Assembly (NCBI RefSeq): GCF_000485595.1
Contig: NW_014577072.1
Location: 1,050,978 to 1,114,977, forward strand
DNA from: Priapulus caudatus
Lineage: Eukaryota
Direction of reading: 5' to 3'
Length of the DNA: 64,000 nt
This document shows, piece after piece, positions 63,851-64,000 of the stretch. The notes under the pieces were generated by a model, which had not been told where the DNA came from, searched no databases, and worked only from the letters and a program-made list of their open reading frames with translations. The position numbers were made by a program, and so were the translations under genes. How positions within the stretch are numbered: position 1 is the stretch's first letter; each line of letters starts with the position of its first letter.

Positions 63851-64000
63851 GCCGGCGACATTTCTCTCGCGGCTCCACTGTTGCACGCTTACACTAATAT
63901 ATATATATTAGTGCTTACATATATATAGTGCTATATATATATAGTATATATACAGTAGTATGTAGACATACGACGGCGGTATGTCGTATACGACCGCCGA

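Overview
Eukaryotic (invertebrate animal) genomic DNA with GT-AG introns, many microsatellites and four assembly gaps. Two spliced protein-coding genes lie on the + strand. (1) The last 8 exons of KANSL3 (926-8587): the end of its alpha/beta-hydrolase-fold domain, then an unusual 3.6-kb terminal exon encoding about 1200 aa of low-complexity sequence with AT-hook motifs and 12-aa Gln-rich repeats. (2) A secreted double heme peroxidase (DBLOX/CG10211-like, peroxidase-cyclooxygenase superfamily): 26 coding exons from 37241 to 63669, about 1435 aa, running off the right edge. Both peroxidase domains keep every catalytic and heme-binding residue, and nine intron positions are shared between the halves, recording an internal gene duplication. 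Introns and the 28-kb intergenic region hold many non-autonomous DNA transposons whose target-site duplications (TSDs) can be read directly: piggyBac-like (TTAA), Harbinger-like (TWA/CWG), hAT-like (8 bp), P/Galileo-like micro-foldbacks of 37-160 bp (7-8 bp), TAG..CTA hairpins (9 bp), and a MITE carrying (TTAGGG)9. TTAGGG repeats plus a DBLOX-type gene suggest a non-arthropod, non-nematode invertebrate such as a priapulid (inference only).
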